Notes: generated by a model from the letters alone, not told the origin. Positions 1-12,875 are shown, numbered from the stretch's first letter. The stretch is DNA of 64,000 bases from Felis catus (GCF_018350175.1 NC_058382.1:53508001-53572000); one strand, 5' to 3'. Program-made: numbers and translations.

Positions 1-226
1 ATTTTCACCGCGTCCTATCACGCCAAAGGCAGATGACTTAGCACGGAGGATGTCGCCCTTGACGGCCTGGCTCAAGTTGTGTTTGTCAGGTTTCTGCGCT
101 GTGCACCTCACTCTACAGTTTACCTGCGCCCTTCTTTCCATGCTGTACTCTTTGGAAGAGAGTCGCTACGGCATCTGTACTCTTGTTCCCCCATGTGAGC
201 GTGGTGACGTCCGTGAGAAAGATGGT

Positions 227-257
227 GGGGGGTGGGGGGAGGGGGCGGGCGGCGGGG
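227..257 (+). other. Putative G-quadruplex motif
   Basis: GGGGGG-T-GGGGGG-A-GGGGG-C-GGG-CGGC-GGGG: at least four G3+ runs with 1-4 nt loops. Confidence 0.6.
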
Positions 258-466
258 AGAGATCAGCATTCCACACAAGGAAAACTTAATAGATTTATTT
301 CTGTAACAACAACAAAAAAAGAGTGTAGCCACCGTGTCCAGACCTACTCCTTTTAGAGAGAGAGTATTGAGCTAAGGAAAAGCTGGCTAAATGGGCATGA
401 GTGATACAGCCACGACAGCAACCGCCGACACGCATCAGGGGTTGAGGGGGGCCAGTCCCGTCCCAA

Positions 467-703
467 GGACTTTACAGGCACCTTATTTGACTTCGTATCA
501 ACCTCTGAGACAGCCATGTGGCCCTTGGGTAATTTACCTAACCTCTGTGTGCCTCCATTTCCTCATCTATTGTGTGGAGAAATACATAAGTCATCAACTA
601 GTGCGTGGGAAAAATGAGATCATAAGTGTGTGGGTCTCTGCGAGCTTCATGACTTGCCCACGGTTGCTCAGCTAATAAATGGCGGAGCTGTGGCGCAAAT
701 CCA
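467..703. mobile_element. Composite MIR fragments in both orientations
   Basis: Plus-strand core 'gcccttgggtaatttacctaacctctgtgtgcctccatttcctcatct' flanked by minus-strand MIR-like 'gacttgcccacggttgctcagctaataaatggcggagctg'. Confidence 0.65.
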
Positions 704-1515
704 TGCGCAAATCATGCCAAAGCCACGTCCGTGACCACTAAACTATATGCTGTGTGTCTTCCCAGATAAAGTGTCATGTGGTTCGCATTATCCTGGAAGA
801 CAGGGGAGGAGGAGACGATGGGCCCACCAGCCAGAGGTGCTGTTTCCCATTTTCTCCTGCTGCCAGCTAGTTTGCAGGTAGGGTTTGTTCCTCTGCTGAA
901 TAGGTTTTTCATGTGCTTTTTGTCTCTTCCCAGAGGAACACCGCAGAGCATTCCAAGACCTTGGCAAAAAAGTTGCTTTATGTTCTTCCCTCCTAAAGGC
1001 TGGATGAACAGAGCCACGTTAGGGGACACTCCTTTCTTTCTTTTCTCGCTTGATGAGCTGTTGGTCAGCCCTCAAGGAGCCCACCATCCCTGCACGTGTG
1101 GTGTGCTTCTAATCTCTACTTTGCTTTTGGGAACGACAACCTAAGCGGATGCACTCTGAAATGAAAATTATCGATAACAATTCCAAACTACCACCACCGT
1201 TGCCTGCTTTGTGGAGTTATCACGTTGAGTTATTTTGACTCCACCACACTCCCTAGAGAGGGGGATGAAACTCATCCTTAGCCTTCCGCTACTCAAAGGC
1301 ATGCCACAGATTGTCTGAAGCCATAGCAAAAGAAAAGTGTGTCAAGTAATTCGCTGTAAGGAGGAAAAATGCAAATGTTTAAGTTGGGGGCTGAAAAAAA
1401 AAAAAAGAATGGCGATCACTGCAGAAGACTCTGGGAACAAAATTTCCGCTCAGGACCCCTAAGGAGTAGGAGAACTGATTCTTTTTTGGATGATCTCAAG
1501 TGGTTTGAATTGTAA

Positions 1516-1742
1516 ATTTTTTTAATGTTTATTTATTTTAGAGAGAGAGAGAGGGAGGGAGAGAGAAACAGAGAGAGAGAGTAGGGGAGCGGCAGAGAGA
1601 GAGGGAGACACAGAATCCGAAGCAGGCTCCAGGCTCTGAGCTGTCAGCACAGAGCCCGACGCGGGGCTCAAACCCACAACCCACGAGATCATGACCTGAG
1701 CTGAAGTTGGATGCTCAACCACTTGAGCCACCCAGGTGCCCC
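1516..1742 (-). mobile_element. CanSINE (felid SINEC_Fc2-like)
   Basis: Reverse complement of GGGGCACCTGGGTGGCTCA head, (CT)n and AATAAA/A tail; imperfect TSD aagtggtttgaattgtaa (1498-1515) / aaggtggcttgaattgtaa (1743-1761). Confidence 0.97.
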
Positions 1743-2041
1743 AAGGTGGCTTGAATTGTAAGTATAAACTGGTTTTAACTGGCGCCCAGTGCAGTCTTGC
1801 AACCCAAGACCAGAACGGGTCACAGGGTTGCAATCCCCCCAACCACAGGGAGGGAATGAAGGCAGGTACTCGGTCACTCAGGGCTTCATCAGCAGGCAAA
1901 GCCAAGCCTTTCGTTTGTTGTGTACCACAGTCAACAGAAAATTGTTGCTTAATTAACCCCTCTGAATGAATACCTGGTAACTAATAAACCCATGAAGTAT
2001 ACCCTAAGGCTTTAAGTTGAAGAAGGCTCCTCTCTTCAAAT

Positions 2042-2117
2042 GAAAGAGAGGGAGAGAGAGAGACAGGGAGGGAGGGAGGGAGGGAGAGAGAGAGAGAAGG
2101 AGAAAGAGAGACAGAGA
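2042..2117. repeat. (GA)n/(GGGA)n purine-rich simple repeat
   Basis: Seen directly: gagagagggagagagagagacagggagggagggaggg... Confidence 0.9.
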
Positions 2118-2139
2118 ACCAAAACATGCTGAACTAATG

Positions 2140-2720
2140 GGAAAAAAACTCTTGTAGAAGGCAAAGCAATTAGGATTAGTGAATTCCATTTCATTTAAAG
2201 TTCCAAGCTCTAGAAGCCATTTATCTAACAAATTAATAATGGCAGTGACTTGCCTAATATAGTGATAAGTCCTTATATTTTATTAGTGGAAATCCAAACT
2301 GAGTAATTTAATGATAGACAAGCTTCCATATATATAATTTTTTGTTATGCTCTTAAAAAATATGTCACTGCACCAAGATAGTTTTAGATTTATGCGTCTC
2401 TTCTAAATTAGTGCCCACTTCAGTTTGGAATGATACATTTAATATTATGGCTCTGTAGAAAATCAATATTTTTTAGTGTTTTCTTTCATTTTAAAGAGCT
2501 TTATCATCTGGCTAATTGTGTGACCAGGAGAAAAGAGAGGGGCTGGTAAGGGGGTTTGTGTTTCACAGGTAATGTTAAATTTGCCGTAGACTACAAATGG
2601 GGACCAATCGGGGGGTTGGGGGGCTGTCAAATGGACCATGGGTAAGCTGGGTGGTAGGGCAGAAGGATGGTGTTAATTTAGGGCCACAAAACTAATCTTT
2701 CTCTCTAAATTCAGAGAAAA
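2140..2720. promoter_or_regulatory. Candidate conserved non-coding/enhancer island
   Basis: No recognisable repeat, AT-rich, many TAAT/ATTA words (aattaataatgg, gtaatttaatg, ctaattg). Function inferred only. Confidence 0.3.
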
Positions 2721-4569
2721 TATGAGATACATCCTCATACGGTAGTGATATCATGACAAAGATCCACTGTGCTTAAGTTTCTCATGGAGCCTCTGGGAGT
2801 TTGCACGCGGCCCAAGGAATGTGACCAGACCCAAAGAGCACTGTCCCTCCAACACTGTCTGAGGGGGGGATCCATTCACCCATTCAGGAGACACTTTGTG
2901 AGTCCCTGCTCTAAGCCCGTGTAGGAAACTAGCTCCTGCCACTTCCTTAAACCAATGGGGAAGCAACTAGAGTCGTCCTTACATGGCCCTTCATGCTCAG
3001 AAGTGTCTCTCGCTTTGATTCTAGAGAATAATATGCCCCAAAGTGGTGAGGGACAAAAGCGACTAGCTGACTTGACATGCAGTCCAAAAAAAAAAAAAAG
3101 CAAAGACTTTAACGAAAAGCAGACTGATGTTCGAGTCCTACCAGCCATGACAGTCAAGGGTCTGAGCCTTGGTTTCTACCACTGGCAAAATAGGAACGTA
3201 AATACTTTTTCACATAGACTAGTTACTGTGCTACAGGTTCTGGCATATGGTGAGCATCTAGGAATGCTAACAACTTCTCCCGTGTTCTGCCCGAATGCAG
3301 TCTCGTAGGGATCCCAGCACAACTAAATAATAATAATGCGGATGATCATGGCTACAGCAATAGTAAGAGTAAATACGATGCCAGGAAGCTCACAGAGATT
3401 TTTTTAAAAAATATTTCCAACAACCCTAAGACATTACCCATTAGCCCATTTTAGCTGTAGCCCATAACATTAGCCCATTTTAGAGATGTAGACGCCGTCT
3501 CTGTCTTTCTGACATAATCTATCACTAAGTCTTGTTACTAATAATGAATGAGTATTGAGTATTTACGGCCATATGCCAGGCACCTGACATTTTTATCTTG
3601 CTTATTCTTCATTCACTCATTCAACAACTATTCACTGAGCGCCAGGTATTTGTGGTGGCCCAATCAGTATAAACCAGTTCACAGGAGTGACATCACAAAC
3701 CCAGTCAGGAGAGAACACACAAGAACCAGGAAGCAGATACTGTTGTTATCTTTAGTTTGCAGCTAAGGAAAAGAAGGAACTGAGATGTGTCTAGTAAATG
3801 GCAAAGACTGGATTCAAATTCAGATGTTCTTCACTTTTAACCTTGATACTATATCGCCCCTAAGAAAATCATGTGGGCTCAGGGAAATTCAGACATCGGG
3901 GACGCGGTTGCTGAGACGAACCGTCCTCCAAGACCGTGAGTTCTTGGCAAAGATGGTCAGTGTGACTGTAGGTTCTTCCTTAACACCCATCCTTAACAGC
4001 GACCAAGGCAGGGGACCCAGGGAAACCCCAGGCTCTGAGCCAGTTGCCTTCATTCTCCTGTTTGCCTTTAGTAACCATGCAACCTTGGTAAGGCACTTCT
4101 CAGTCAAATGGAGATAGTCACACTTGACTCAGGAGGAGCCCCGGAGAATCAAATGAAACTGTAGTGAAACTGTAATGAAAATATGTTTTGAAAGCCAAAA
4201 TACACAGCATCCATTTTAGCAAATGGTGGGAGAAATTTATTGTTTGGAATGAAGTTAGATGGACTTATTTATTCGTTAGTTGCTCTACTTTGACACCCTC
4301 TCTCTTGATTTCGCCCGGAGACTATTGATGATGAATACCTAAAGGAAAAGTGCCAAATGAAATGGAAAATAGGAACTTTCGACAGGCTCAAAGTGAAAGT
4401 CGAGCATCGTTTCCGGTGATCCCATGTATCTTTGCCTGTTTCTACTGACAACGAAACTAGTTCTCTACTGCTAAACTTCTCGGTGAAAGCATCTTAGCAG
4501 ACATACTCTATCCCTGCCTAGTAAACAAGCCTTCGCGCACGGAGTGTCTCTGATATTTGTACAAGGGAA

Positions 4570-5660
4570 TCAAACGCATACGTCTAAACGCGCGTGTACT
4601 CAAAGATCAATTGCATTCAATAATATAATGGGTGCGTTTTTCATCTTTAAAATTCCTGCAAGAGTAGTTTTCCTTTGCAGGGTGAATTAGCAAAGTAAGA
4701 ACAGATGAAGTCCATTGTCAATTGTTCAAATGCAGGTACATATTATAGAGACAGATCACAACCTTGGGGGCTGCTAATGTGGAAAGATAAATCCCTCCTC
4801 ATAAAACGAGTATTAGTAGCAATCTGCACGAATGCATTTAATTTCGCATATCCTTGTAAATCTTCAGAGCTTGAATGAGGTGCTTACTTCCTATTACCTC
4901 TCTCAGATCAGAAGGTTCAGGATCATCCTAAGAAATCCCTCTTTATTTTCCCAAACTGCCTCACTTCACTCTAGAGGACTGTGGTGTCCACATTGAACAG
5001 AACTAGTTAACAGGGGTTTTAAGAAAATTAAAGGTGCAGCCAAGTCTAGACATCCCCAAAGAAGTGGATGGGGGGTACATGCCTTTGGTCCAGTTATCCT
5101 GGCCACCTTCTTAATGGACAATTTGGATCGCTGCACAGTCAATCCGCTTAATTGCCTCTGTGTTGGCCATTAAAACAAATTGAATGCGCTATGGCCAATT
5201 TGGTCATGTCATAAAGAAATGGCCTATAGGGCCCATCGAGAAGCAGAATTTCAGCCATTATTCGATTATATCTGATCAATGGAGACAGCCTGTATAGGAA
5301 ATCCAGGAGCCAGAGTAGATCATACAGGAGCCCCCCGCTTACTTTGCTGACCACATTATTAGGATCAACTGTCAACAGCAATGAAATTAGCCAGGTGGTT
5401 GACAAAGCATCACCTTACTCCGTCCTGGGGAGAGAAAAGTCAGTGCCTCATGACTTTGCCTAAAATACCCAGTCAGCAACCCAACAGGTCGTCTTTTCCA
5501 CTTTGAGTCCTGAGTAATTTGAGAAGGAGGAAAAAAATTCAAAATCTCCATTGGCTTTGACCTCTAATGTTGGTATAAAAATAGACCAGAGGCTGCATTC
5601 ATTGTGATTAATGCTGGGTAAAGGTAATTTAAACAGGGCCTAATTTTCTGATTTTTCTAG
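4570..5660. promoter_or_regulatory. Candidate developmental enhancer (CNE-like)
   Basis: Repeat-free; TTAATTG 5148-5154, GCCATTAA 5166-5173, GTCATAAA 5208-5215, CTGTCA 5369-5374, CATTGT overlapping TGATTAAT 5600-5612. Confidence 0.45.
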
Positions 5661-5856
5661 ATCTCATCTCCAAGTACTGTACCTTTTCCCTGCTTCTGCT
5701 CATCTGAGAGGTCTCAGGATCTTCGTTTGGGGCCTCCACTGCTGGGACTGTCATCTGAAGTCACCTTGGCCTTCAGCATGTTGGTGAAGTTAGACAAGAA
5801 GAATGACCTTTAATGAGGTATTGCTGGATTATACTTTCAGTCTTTAAGCCAAGGAG

Positions 5857-6108
5857 AAATAACTGTGGGCAATATTTACTGAACATTTGTTATATGCTAG
5901 GTGCTAATCCTCAGCATTTTAAATCTATTTCTTCGTTTAACTTCAACTGACCCTGAGAGGTAGGTTCTGGAATTTCGACCACATACATGAGGCAAGTTAC
6001 TTGGATTTTAATGACTTGTCAAGGTCAAGGTCATCCAATAGTATCAAGATGAGAATGCCACACCTGGCCTAACTTCAAAGCTTGTATTTTCACATACCAT
6101 ATTGTCCT
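5857..6108 (-). mobile_element. MIR, near full length
   Basis: 'atttactgaacatttgttatatgctaggtgct...accctgagaggtagg...tgacttgtcaaggtca...ggcctaacttcaaagc' matches reverse MIR architecture. Confidence 0.8.
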
Positions 6109-6201
6109 AAATACTACTGGCTGCTCCCTCAGCCTATGGCGAGAAGTGTTCTCAGCCAGGGGTTCCAGGTTCATGGGTAACTTAGAAATGCTACACGAAC
6201 C

Positions 6202-6250
6202 AAAACCAAAAACAAACACAAACAAACAAACAAACAAACAAGAAAACAAA
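6202..6250. repeat. (AAAC)n microsatellite
   Basis: Seen directly. Confidence 0.85.
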
Positions 6251-8310
6251 AGTGCCACTAGCAGAAGATGACTGTCACTATTCTGTTTGGACTAGAGACC
6301 CTATGGGACCATGAAATGCTGATGTTGGACACGGGGTGGGTCATCATGCAGATGGCCCATACAAGTAAGTGGTGGGTCATGGCATATCGTGAGAAAGCAT
6401 GAGGGCATAGCTAGAGCTACATCTCTCACACAAGCTGTCTCCTAGGGGTCAATGGCATGAGTTGATTAGAAATGAAAAGAGCCACAGTAGCTTTAAAAGA
6501 CGAAAAGGAGAAGAAGGAAAATGGCGGCACATGGCAGAGAAACAGAGTTCAGTGGGGCAGGTAGAATGGGTCTGGGATTGGAGAATTCAATTTGGGAAGA
6601 GGAAGAGGCAGAAAGGGAGACAGGCATATTAGGTGGGTAGACAGATGGAGACATGAAGAGAAGAATGATGGTTAGAGGATGAGCAGACCTAGAAGCTGAT
6701 GGGAAAGTGGATGCTGAATCACAAGGGCATCCAAATTACGGTGCACTTTCTGTGGACCATAGGTAGTGCTTAATGTGTACTTATTTAATCCTCCTATCAA
6801 CCATTTGATTTCTTTAAAGATGAGAAAAGGGAGGCTTAGAGAATTCTAGAAAGTTTCTGAAGGAAACATAGTTACTACAGTTAAGTTTAACTATTTCAGA
6901 GAAGACAAAGACAGAAGAATTGAGCAGAGATAAAGAACTAAATCAAACTCAAGTTTTTGCTATTATGGGTCAGCCTATGGTAGAGTCAATCAATGGTTGG
7001 GAGTCCTTCCCAGCAATCCTGACCAAGTCTGACGCTCTATGTGTTTTTCTCCAGTGTTTGAATCCTGGTGGCAAGTTACCAGCATCTGGGAAGTCCGTTG
7101 TGAGTGTGGCCAGCTTGTAAGCCGACACTCTACTGGGCATGGTCTGGCCTGTCTTTGGGAAGACCATTCCTTCTTCTCCCAGAAGCAGCTCCTCCAAGCT
7201 CTCCACCTCCTCCTTCTGGTGTCGCGTTGAGTATAGAAAGGGGCTTATCTTTTAATGGCTGCTCTTTGCACAGATTCTTTGTTCCTCTCTGGGTGTAGCT
7301 AAAGTCCTCAGCGAGGGCTCCAATGAATGACTTGAATACAGACTGACATACTGGTCTGCGTAATAAACATTTTATAATGTCTTCTAGTAATCTGTTTATT
7401 TTCATTTCTCTTTCCTGGCTAGAATTCATTGTTTTCATGTGTTTGGAAAGAGGGATTCTCTTAATCATTTCTAGCTTAATGCTAGACTTCCTCATTTCCA
7501 CAAACTGTCTTAGAGAGCCTGGGGGATGGGAGGGTGTTTGATTTGCAGAAGCAGGAGCTAATGCAAAGAACATTTAGTTCAGTTTGTTTAGATGAGGAAA
7601 CAGAGACCCAAAGAGTTGGAATGCATAGACCTAACTGGAGGTGAATTTTTAAAAGAGTTTATGTTAAATGTTTGACAGATTTAGAAGCTTTACATCTCTT
7701 AATGTTTGGGGATTGATAAGCCTGAAGTCAGAGGTGCATCTGAGGAGGGAGGGGAAGGAAAAATGAAGTAAGTCCTTTTAGTAGACGGGTGGTCACAACT
7801 TTCCTACGATTAAGGTTTAAAAAATATATAATTTATAAATAGATAAGTTACAAAAGGACTATTCATTTTATAAACCAAGATGGTACAGAATTACTTTCAA
7901 CAGACATCCTGTGAATGAGTTTTAAATCATATGGGATTTAACAATAATCAATTACATGCAACTTTTCAGCAAAGCAGTTATTCTGTAGAAGGACAGATAC
8001 CTGGAGCGTCACTACCCAAAACACCTGGTAAAGATTTTATCCACCATTTTCTCTTAGATCAAAGCATTAAAAGGTTGGCAATCTTCATTTCAAGCTACTT
8101 CTGGGGCCCTTTTAAATGCTGTTATGGGCTCGGTTGTGTGTGTTTGTATGTGTATGTGTATTGTGTGTTGTGTGTTTGGCAATAGACGGGGTTCAGAGGA
8201 CAAAGATATTTTGAGAGGGGTTTCTCCCTCTGTAAGCCAATCAACGAACAAACCTGTAGTTTTATGGTTCTGGAAAAAAAGTCCATCATACATCTTTTGG
8301 TTTGGGGGAA

Positions 8311-8555
8311 AGCAACATAGTGGGTCAAAAAGTAGGGGTTGCAATCAAGAGACCAGTACTGGAGGCCTCTGTTCCATCTTACAAGCTAGCTGACCTTGCA
8401 AGAATCCTTTGCCTTTCTGGGCCTTAATTTCCTTACCCCTAAAACAGGGATCATGATGCTCGATGGTGTTGGGGTTCAACGAGACAATATACAAATATTC
8501 ACAATGATGTAAAAGCCTAACACAGTGCCCGACAAAATAAATACTTGATAAAATG
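8311..8555 (+). mobile_element. MIR, near full length
   Basis: Head 'agcaacatagtgggtcaaaaagtaggg', core 'tgaccttgcaagaatcctttgcctttctgggccttaatttcc', tail 'aacacagtgcccgac'. Confidence 0.8.
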
Positions 8556-8784
8556 ACATAAGACAGACGCTTAATAAGTATGCTGAAAAACGTCGAGGTT
8601 TAAGTATTTACGCCAATTGGCATAAGCCTTAAATCCAGAAGAATCAGAACTGCAGCATGCAATGAGGATTGCACTTTGTTTGCTAAGTGAATGGTAGCAC
8701 TTTAAAGAACCCCAAAGGATTTTTGATGTGAGCAAAATGGTTCTTCATTCCTTAAACCCGTTACCCAGAGCCTCATTCTTTAAA

Positions 8785-8997
8785 TTTTTTTTTTCAACGT
8801 TTATTTATTTTTGGGACAGAGAGAGACAGAGCATGAACGGGGGAGGGGCAGAGAGAGAGGGAGACACAGAATCGGAAACAGGCTCCAGGCTCCGAGCCAT
8901 CAGCCCAGAGCCCGACGCGGGGCTCGAACTCACGGACCGCGAGATCGTGACCTGCCTGAAGTCAGACGCTTAACCGACTGCGCCACCCAGGCGCCCC
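8785..8997 (-). mobile_element. Young CanSINE (SINEC_Fc-type)
   Basis: CpG-intact full-length copy; perfect 18-bp TSD agagcctcattctttaaa (8767-8784 / 9000-9017). Confidence 0.98.
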
Positions 8998-9944
8998 ATA
9001 GAGCCTCATTCTTTAAACCCGGACTGAGCTATGGTTTCTCCTTGGTAGGTTTTCTTATTGCCAAATGAGATGATGGAAACACATTATTGAAATGACTCGT
9101 GTTGGTGCTTAGACGGTATCAAGTCCCCCTGAGGGAAGGGTGAATAGATATATCAAGATTTGGGGGCCCACAGGTTTGGCAACATGACAAGTGGATCCCC
9201 AGAACCCAGACTGGCTGGATTCGTTCCAGAGGAATTAACTAACCAAAGAAACCCACCGGCCAAGTGTGAGTCTGGACACAGCCGATGGCTTCTCAAACTC
9301 CTCTCCTGCTGGATTAGTCATTCAGAACCGGCTCAGGCATCCTGCCTCTCCGTCCTCTCCTCAAAACCCACGGTGGGCTCCCAGACCCCCACAAAACTAC
9401 TCCTCCTGCCACTCAAGGCCTTTCTGCAGAGGCTCGAGGCTTCCCCTTCTTGCCAATGCATGGCTTCTGCATCAGTTAGCGTTTCTCCTCAGTGCCCTCT
9501 GACCTCCCCAGTGTAGACACCACCACCAGAGATCCTTATTTGCAGCTGTTCCTCAGATGTCATCCTTTCCTTTCCCTGATCTCATCCCATATAGCCACTG
9601 CACACTGCTCTAAACATCCTCTATTCCAGGGGAGCTCATCCATATGTCGGGGCTAATAATGCCAACATCATTGCCTCATTGGGGTCTCACGCAGGGACCA
9701 TGGCTGACACCCCCCTGAATCCTTGGCACCTGGTAGAATGTGTGGCATGGAGAAACATACAGTACATGAGGAGTAAATGGAGACCTGGAGGGAGCTCTCC
9801 ACTTCCATTCTTGTTGTGTGTTTCCCACTTATCTTTGGAATTCTTTGAAATGTGTTGAGATTCCTGCATAGAGAGTAGTCCTCTTGATCACTCTGGGGAA
9901 AGGCTACCCAGCCATGGTAAGGTGTCCAAACCATAATAACCCTT

Positions 9945-10457
9945 TGTATTAGTCCTCTGAGGCTGCCACAACCGATGCCCGCAAAGTGGCTTAAAACAAC
10001 AGAAACGTACTCTCTCGTAGTTCTGGGGGCTGGAAGTCCAAAATCAAGGGGTTGGCAAGGCCCTGCCGTCTCTGAAGGCTCGAAGGGAGGATCCGTTCCA
10101 TGCCTTTCTCTTAGCTTCTTCTGTTGCTGGCAAGGCATTGCTTGGTTTTCCTTGTATTTTCTGCCTCCATGGTCACACGGCATTATTCTCCCTGTGTGTG
10201 TATACATCGTCTTCCCTCTATGAGTGTCTGTGTCTTCGTGTGGCATTTATTTGCGTGTCTGTCTCTGTGTCCCTTCTCTTTTTTCTTATAAGGACACTAG
10301 TCCCCTATGAGATCGAGACCCAACTGTACTCTGGTGTGATTTCATCTTAACTTGCCTCTTAACTACATTGGCAAAGATCCTTTTCCCAAATAAGGTCGCA
10401 TTCGCAGGTACCTGGGACCTCCACATCCCTCTTGGAGATGCAATTCAACCCCTAACA
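9945..10457 (-). mobile_element. MaLR solo LTR (MLT1B/C-like)
   Basis: Begins tgtattagtc, contains 'ggcttaaaacaacagaaa...ttctgggggctggaagtccaaaatcaagg', ends caattcaacccctaaca. Confidence 0.9.
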
Positions 10458-10459
10458 GG

Positions 10460-10600
10460 CTTGGGCAAGCCCCCGGGGCTCCCCCACTCAGGGCCTCAGT
10501 TTCTGCTTCTGTAAAACAGGGATAATCTTGAGGTCTGCTGGGGATTAGGATTACATGAGACAAGGCTTAGTGACTTGTGCACAGGAAGACTTAACTATGA
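10460..10600 (+). mobile_element. MIR fragment
   Basis: 'gggcctcagtttctgcttctgtaaaacagggataat...aggattacatgaga'. Confidence 0.7.
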
Positions 10601-11486
10601 TCTGTCTTCCTCTTCCCTTCTAGTCCCCTCCTCAGCTGCCTCTAATATCATATATATAAAAAGTTCTAGTAGGTAGGATTGTGATCCCTACGACAAAGAG
10701 AAGCGCAACCCTCTCTCCATTCTCACACAGCCACTCCCTCCCGACTGGGGGACTTTTCTTTGCGGTTAGATTATCTGCTAAACTTACTCTTCTCTATGTA
10801 GGACACAGGGGCCAGACTTGCTCAAACGACTGTAATAAAAGTTTCGGGTGATCCTAGGACACAAGGCCGAGATGTGTGTCTTTGGCTGGCTACCCCTGGC
10901 ATGAGTGGTTATTTCTTCATGGTTAAAACGAATAAATACATAGAAAGTGCCTAAAACCTATAGGGAGTCAAGTTTCCCAACTGTGTTCTTGCGGCCGACC
11001 TCTGAATCACAGTTTAGTAATTAAAAGAAGAAAACACCAAGTTGCACTTGGCAATGCAACGTAAATGGTACCTTCGTAAAGGCCAAATACTAGCTGTGAT
11101 TAACCAGACGAGATACACTTTATTCTGGTTAAAACAATCCTGAATTTGAAGACTATTTCTGGGATTCCACACCCCCTATCCGACCCTCTTCCTTGCAGTT
11201 CACCGTTGGAATCTGAAGTGGGGTCTTATTTATTTATTTTTTACTTTCAATTTGTGAGATGGCTTCCATATACTGTGGTTTGGCATCCTGCACTTGAGCG
11301 ATACTATAGCATTATTGGGGTGCCGACAGCGGCTCTAGGATAAACAAGCAGTGATTCATGGAGCTGGCAAGTCCGTATGGTTTGGAGAAAATAAAGTGAA
11401 ATAAAATAAAAACATTTGCAATCAGCTTTGGAGTTTTCGAACGCAACCAGCTTCAGTACCACGCTGATGCCTCGCATGGCTTTCTT

Positions 11487-11493
11487 TAAAAAA

Positions 11494-11544
<51 letters not shown>

Positions 11545-11547
11545 AAT
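11487..11547. repeat. (TAAA)n microsatellite
   Basis: About 13 AAAT units; no SINE body adjacent. Confidence 0.95.
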
Positions 11548-12690
11548 AATTAGAAACGGGAACATTTTGTTTTGCTGGGAAGAATGGTTTACTGTGTCGA
11601 CGGGGCGAGAAGCCTCGATTTCTAGCAGATGTTGCTTGTCTCTTGTTCGGGGTCCAGTGATGGCTCTGATGTGGCAAAAGCCAATGGCTGGACTGGGGGA
11701 GCCGATGAGATCTCCTCCTGCTTTATCGTCTCAGACAGGGCAGGGCACCAGCACTCTCTGAAACCCCTGGCTTTCCAACCCCCAGGAGCAGGAAATCCCC
11801 TCCCTACCCCGTTGCCCCTGGAGACCACAGGGAGGGCAGAGAGGGGAGCGGGACACCTGAAAAGTTACAGGAGCCCTTTCTCCCACAAAGGGAAGTCCAG
11901 GATTGTGTCTGGTATTGTAAGGTCATATGCTTTTATTTTTAAACGCCGTAGGAATGATCACGCTAGCAGCCGACACTCATGGCGGTTGAGGCTGGCTTCT
12001 GTAAAGCGCTTTCCTATTTACGAAGCATCTGGGACTGCACAGTCCCACCTAGGGTCCCTGGCATCGACCTCTACTCGGATCCCACTTTCTAAAGATGTGA
12101 CCTTGCCTCCGCCAGTTCACTTCTGCAGATTGCTCATATATAAAGGGGGCAGGTGTTTACATATGATGCTTTTTGATAATCAGTGACCTGAATGGAAATC
12201 AAACACAAAATAAGACACTTCCTCCGCCCAGTGTATACGGGGAGAGGGTGTTAGCTCTTTATAACAACACTGCCTCTTTCAACCGATGTGAAGCTCTGAT
12301 GGGCAGTTTCACAGGCCTTCAAATCATCTATAAAACTGGAAAATGAATCAGTAGTTATACAAAGATGCAGATTGAAAAGTGGAAGGAAAGTCAACTCTTT
12401 GAGGGCAGGGACTTGGCTGTCTGGGTTCCCTCTTCTCCAATGCTGGGCAGAGGGCTGGTACTGAGTATTTCTGCACAAATGAGTCCACTTCTCTGACCTT
12501 TGGTGTTCACACAGAGAAAGTCGAAAGTGGATTTCCTACACCAGAGTGCTGGCACATAATAAGGGCTCAATAAATATGGGTTGAATGGATGAATAAATAA
12601 GTAAATAGGTGTGCCATCTGGGGGGCAGAATGGATGACAGTGGTTTTCAGCATCAGTGCACGGACAAATTGAAAAAAAAACTGAAGTCAT

Positions 12691-12875
12691 GGGGTGCCTG
12701 GGTGGCTCAGTCGGTTGAGCGTCTGACATTTCTGGTCAGGTCATGATCTTGCAGTTCAAGGGATCGAGCCCACGCCAAGCTCTGTGCTGACAGTGCAGAG
12801 ACTGCTTGGAATTCTCTCCCCCTTTCTCCCCCCCTCCCCATGCTCTTTCTCTTGCAAAATAAACATTAAAAAAAA
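12691..12875 (+). mobile_element. CanSINE (older, diverged copy)
   Basis: GGGGTGCCTGGGTGGCTCAGTCGGTTGAGC head, AATAAA and A tail. Confidence 0.95.

Noticed and set aside
4325..4450. Box C-like TGATGA with downstream CTGA (C/D snoRNA)
   Set aside because: No terminal stem or recognisable rRNA/snRNA antisense element.
7130..7573. 147-aa minus-strand ORF with Gly-rich end
   Set aside because: No homology I recognise and no supporting exon structure; BLASTP/PhyloCSF would be needed to revive it.
8728..9068. Recurring ORFs 'WDRERQSMNGGGAEREGDTESETGSRLRAISPEPDAGLEL' (also near 16656, 24330, 49706, 50005)
   Set aside because: They are translations of CanSINE copies, not a protein family.
9668..10246. 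Longest ORF (192 aa, minus strand)
   Set aside because: About half lies in an MLT1 LTR; no recognisable domain.
11629..12186. 185-aa plus-strand ORF
   Set aside because: No recognisable domain; the length is compatible with chance in six frames of 64 kb.
12691..12770. tRNA-like A/B boxes in SINE heads
   Set aside because: These are tRNA-derived CanSINE promoters, not tRNA genes.
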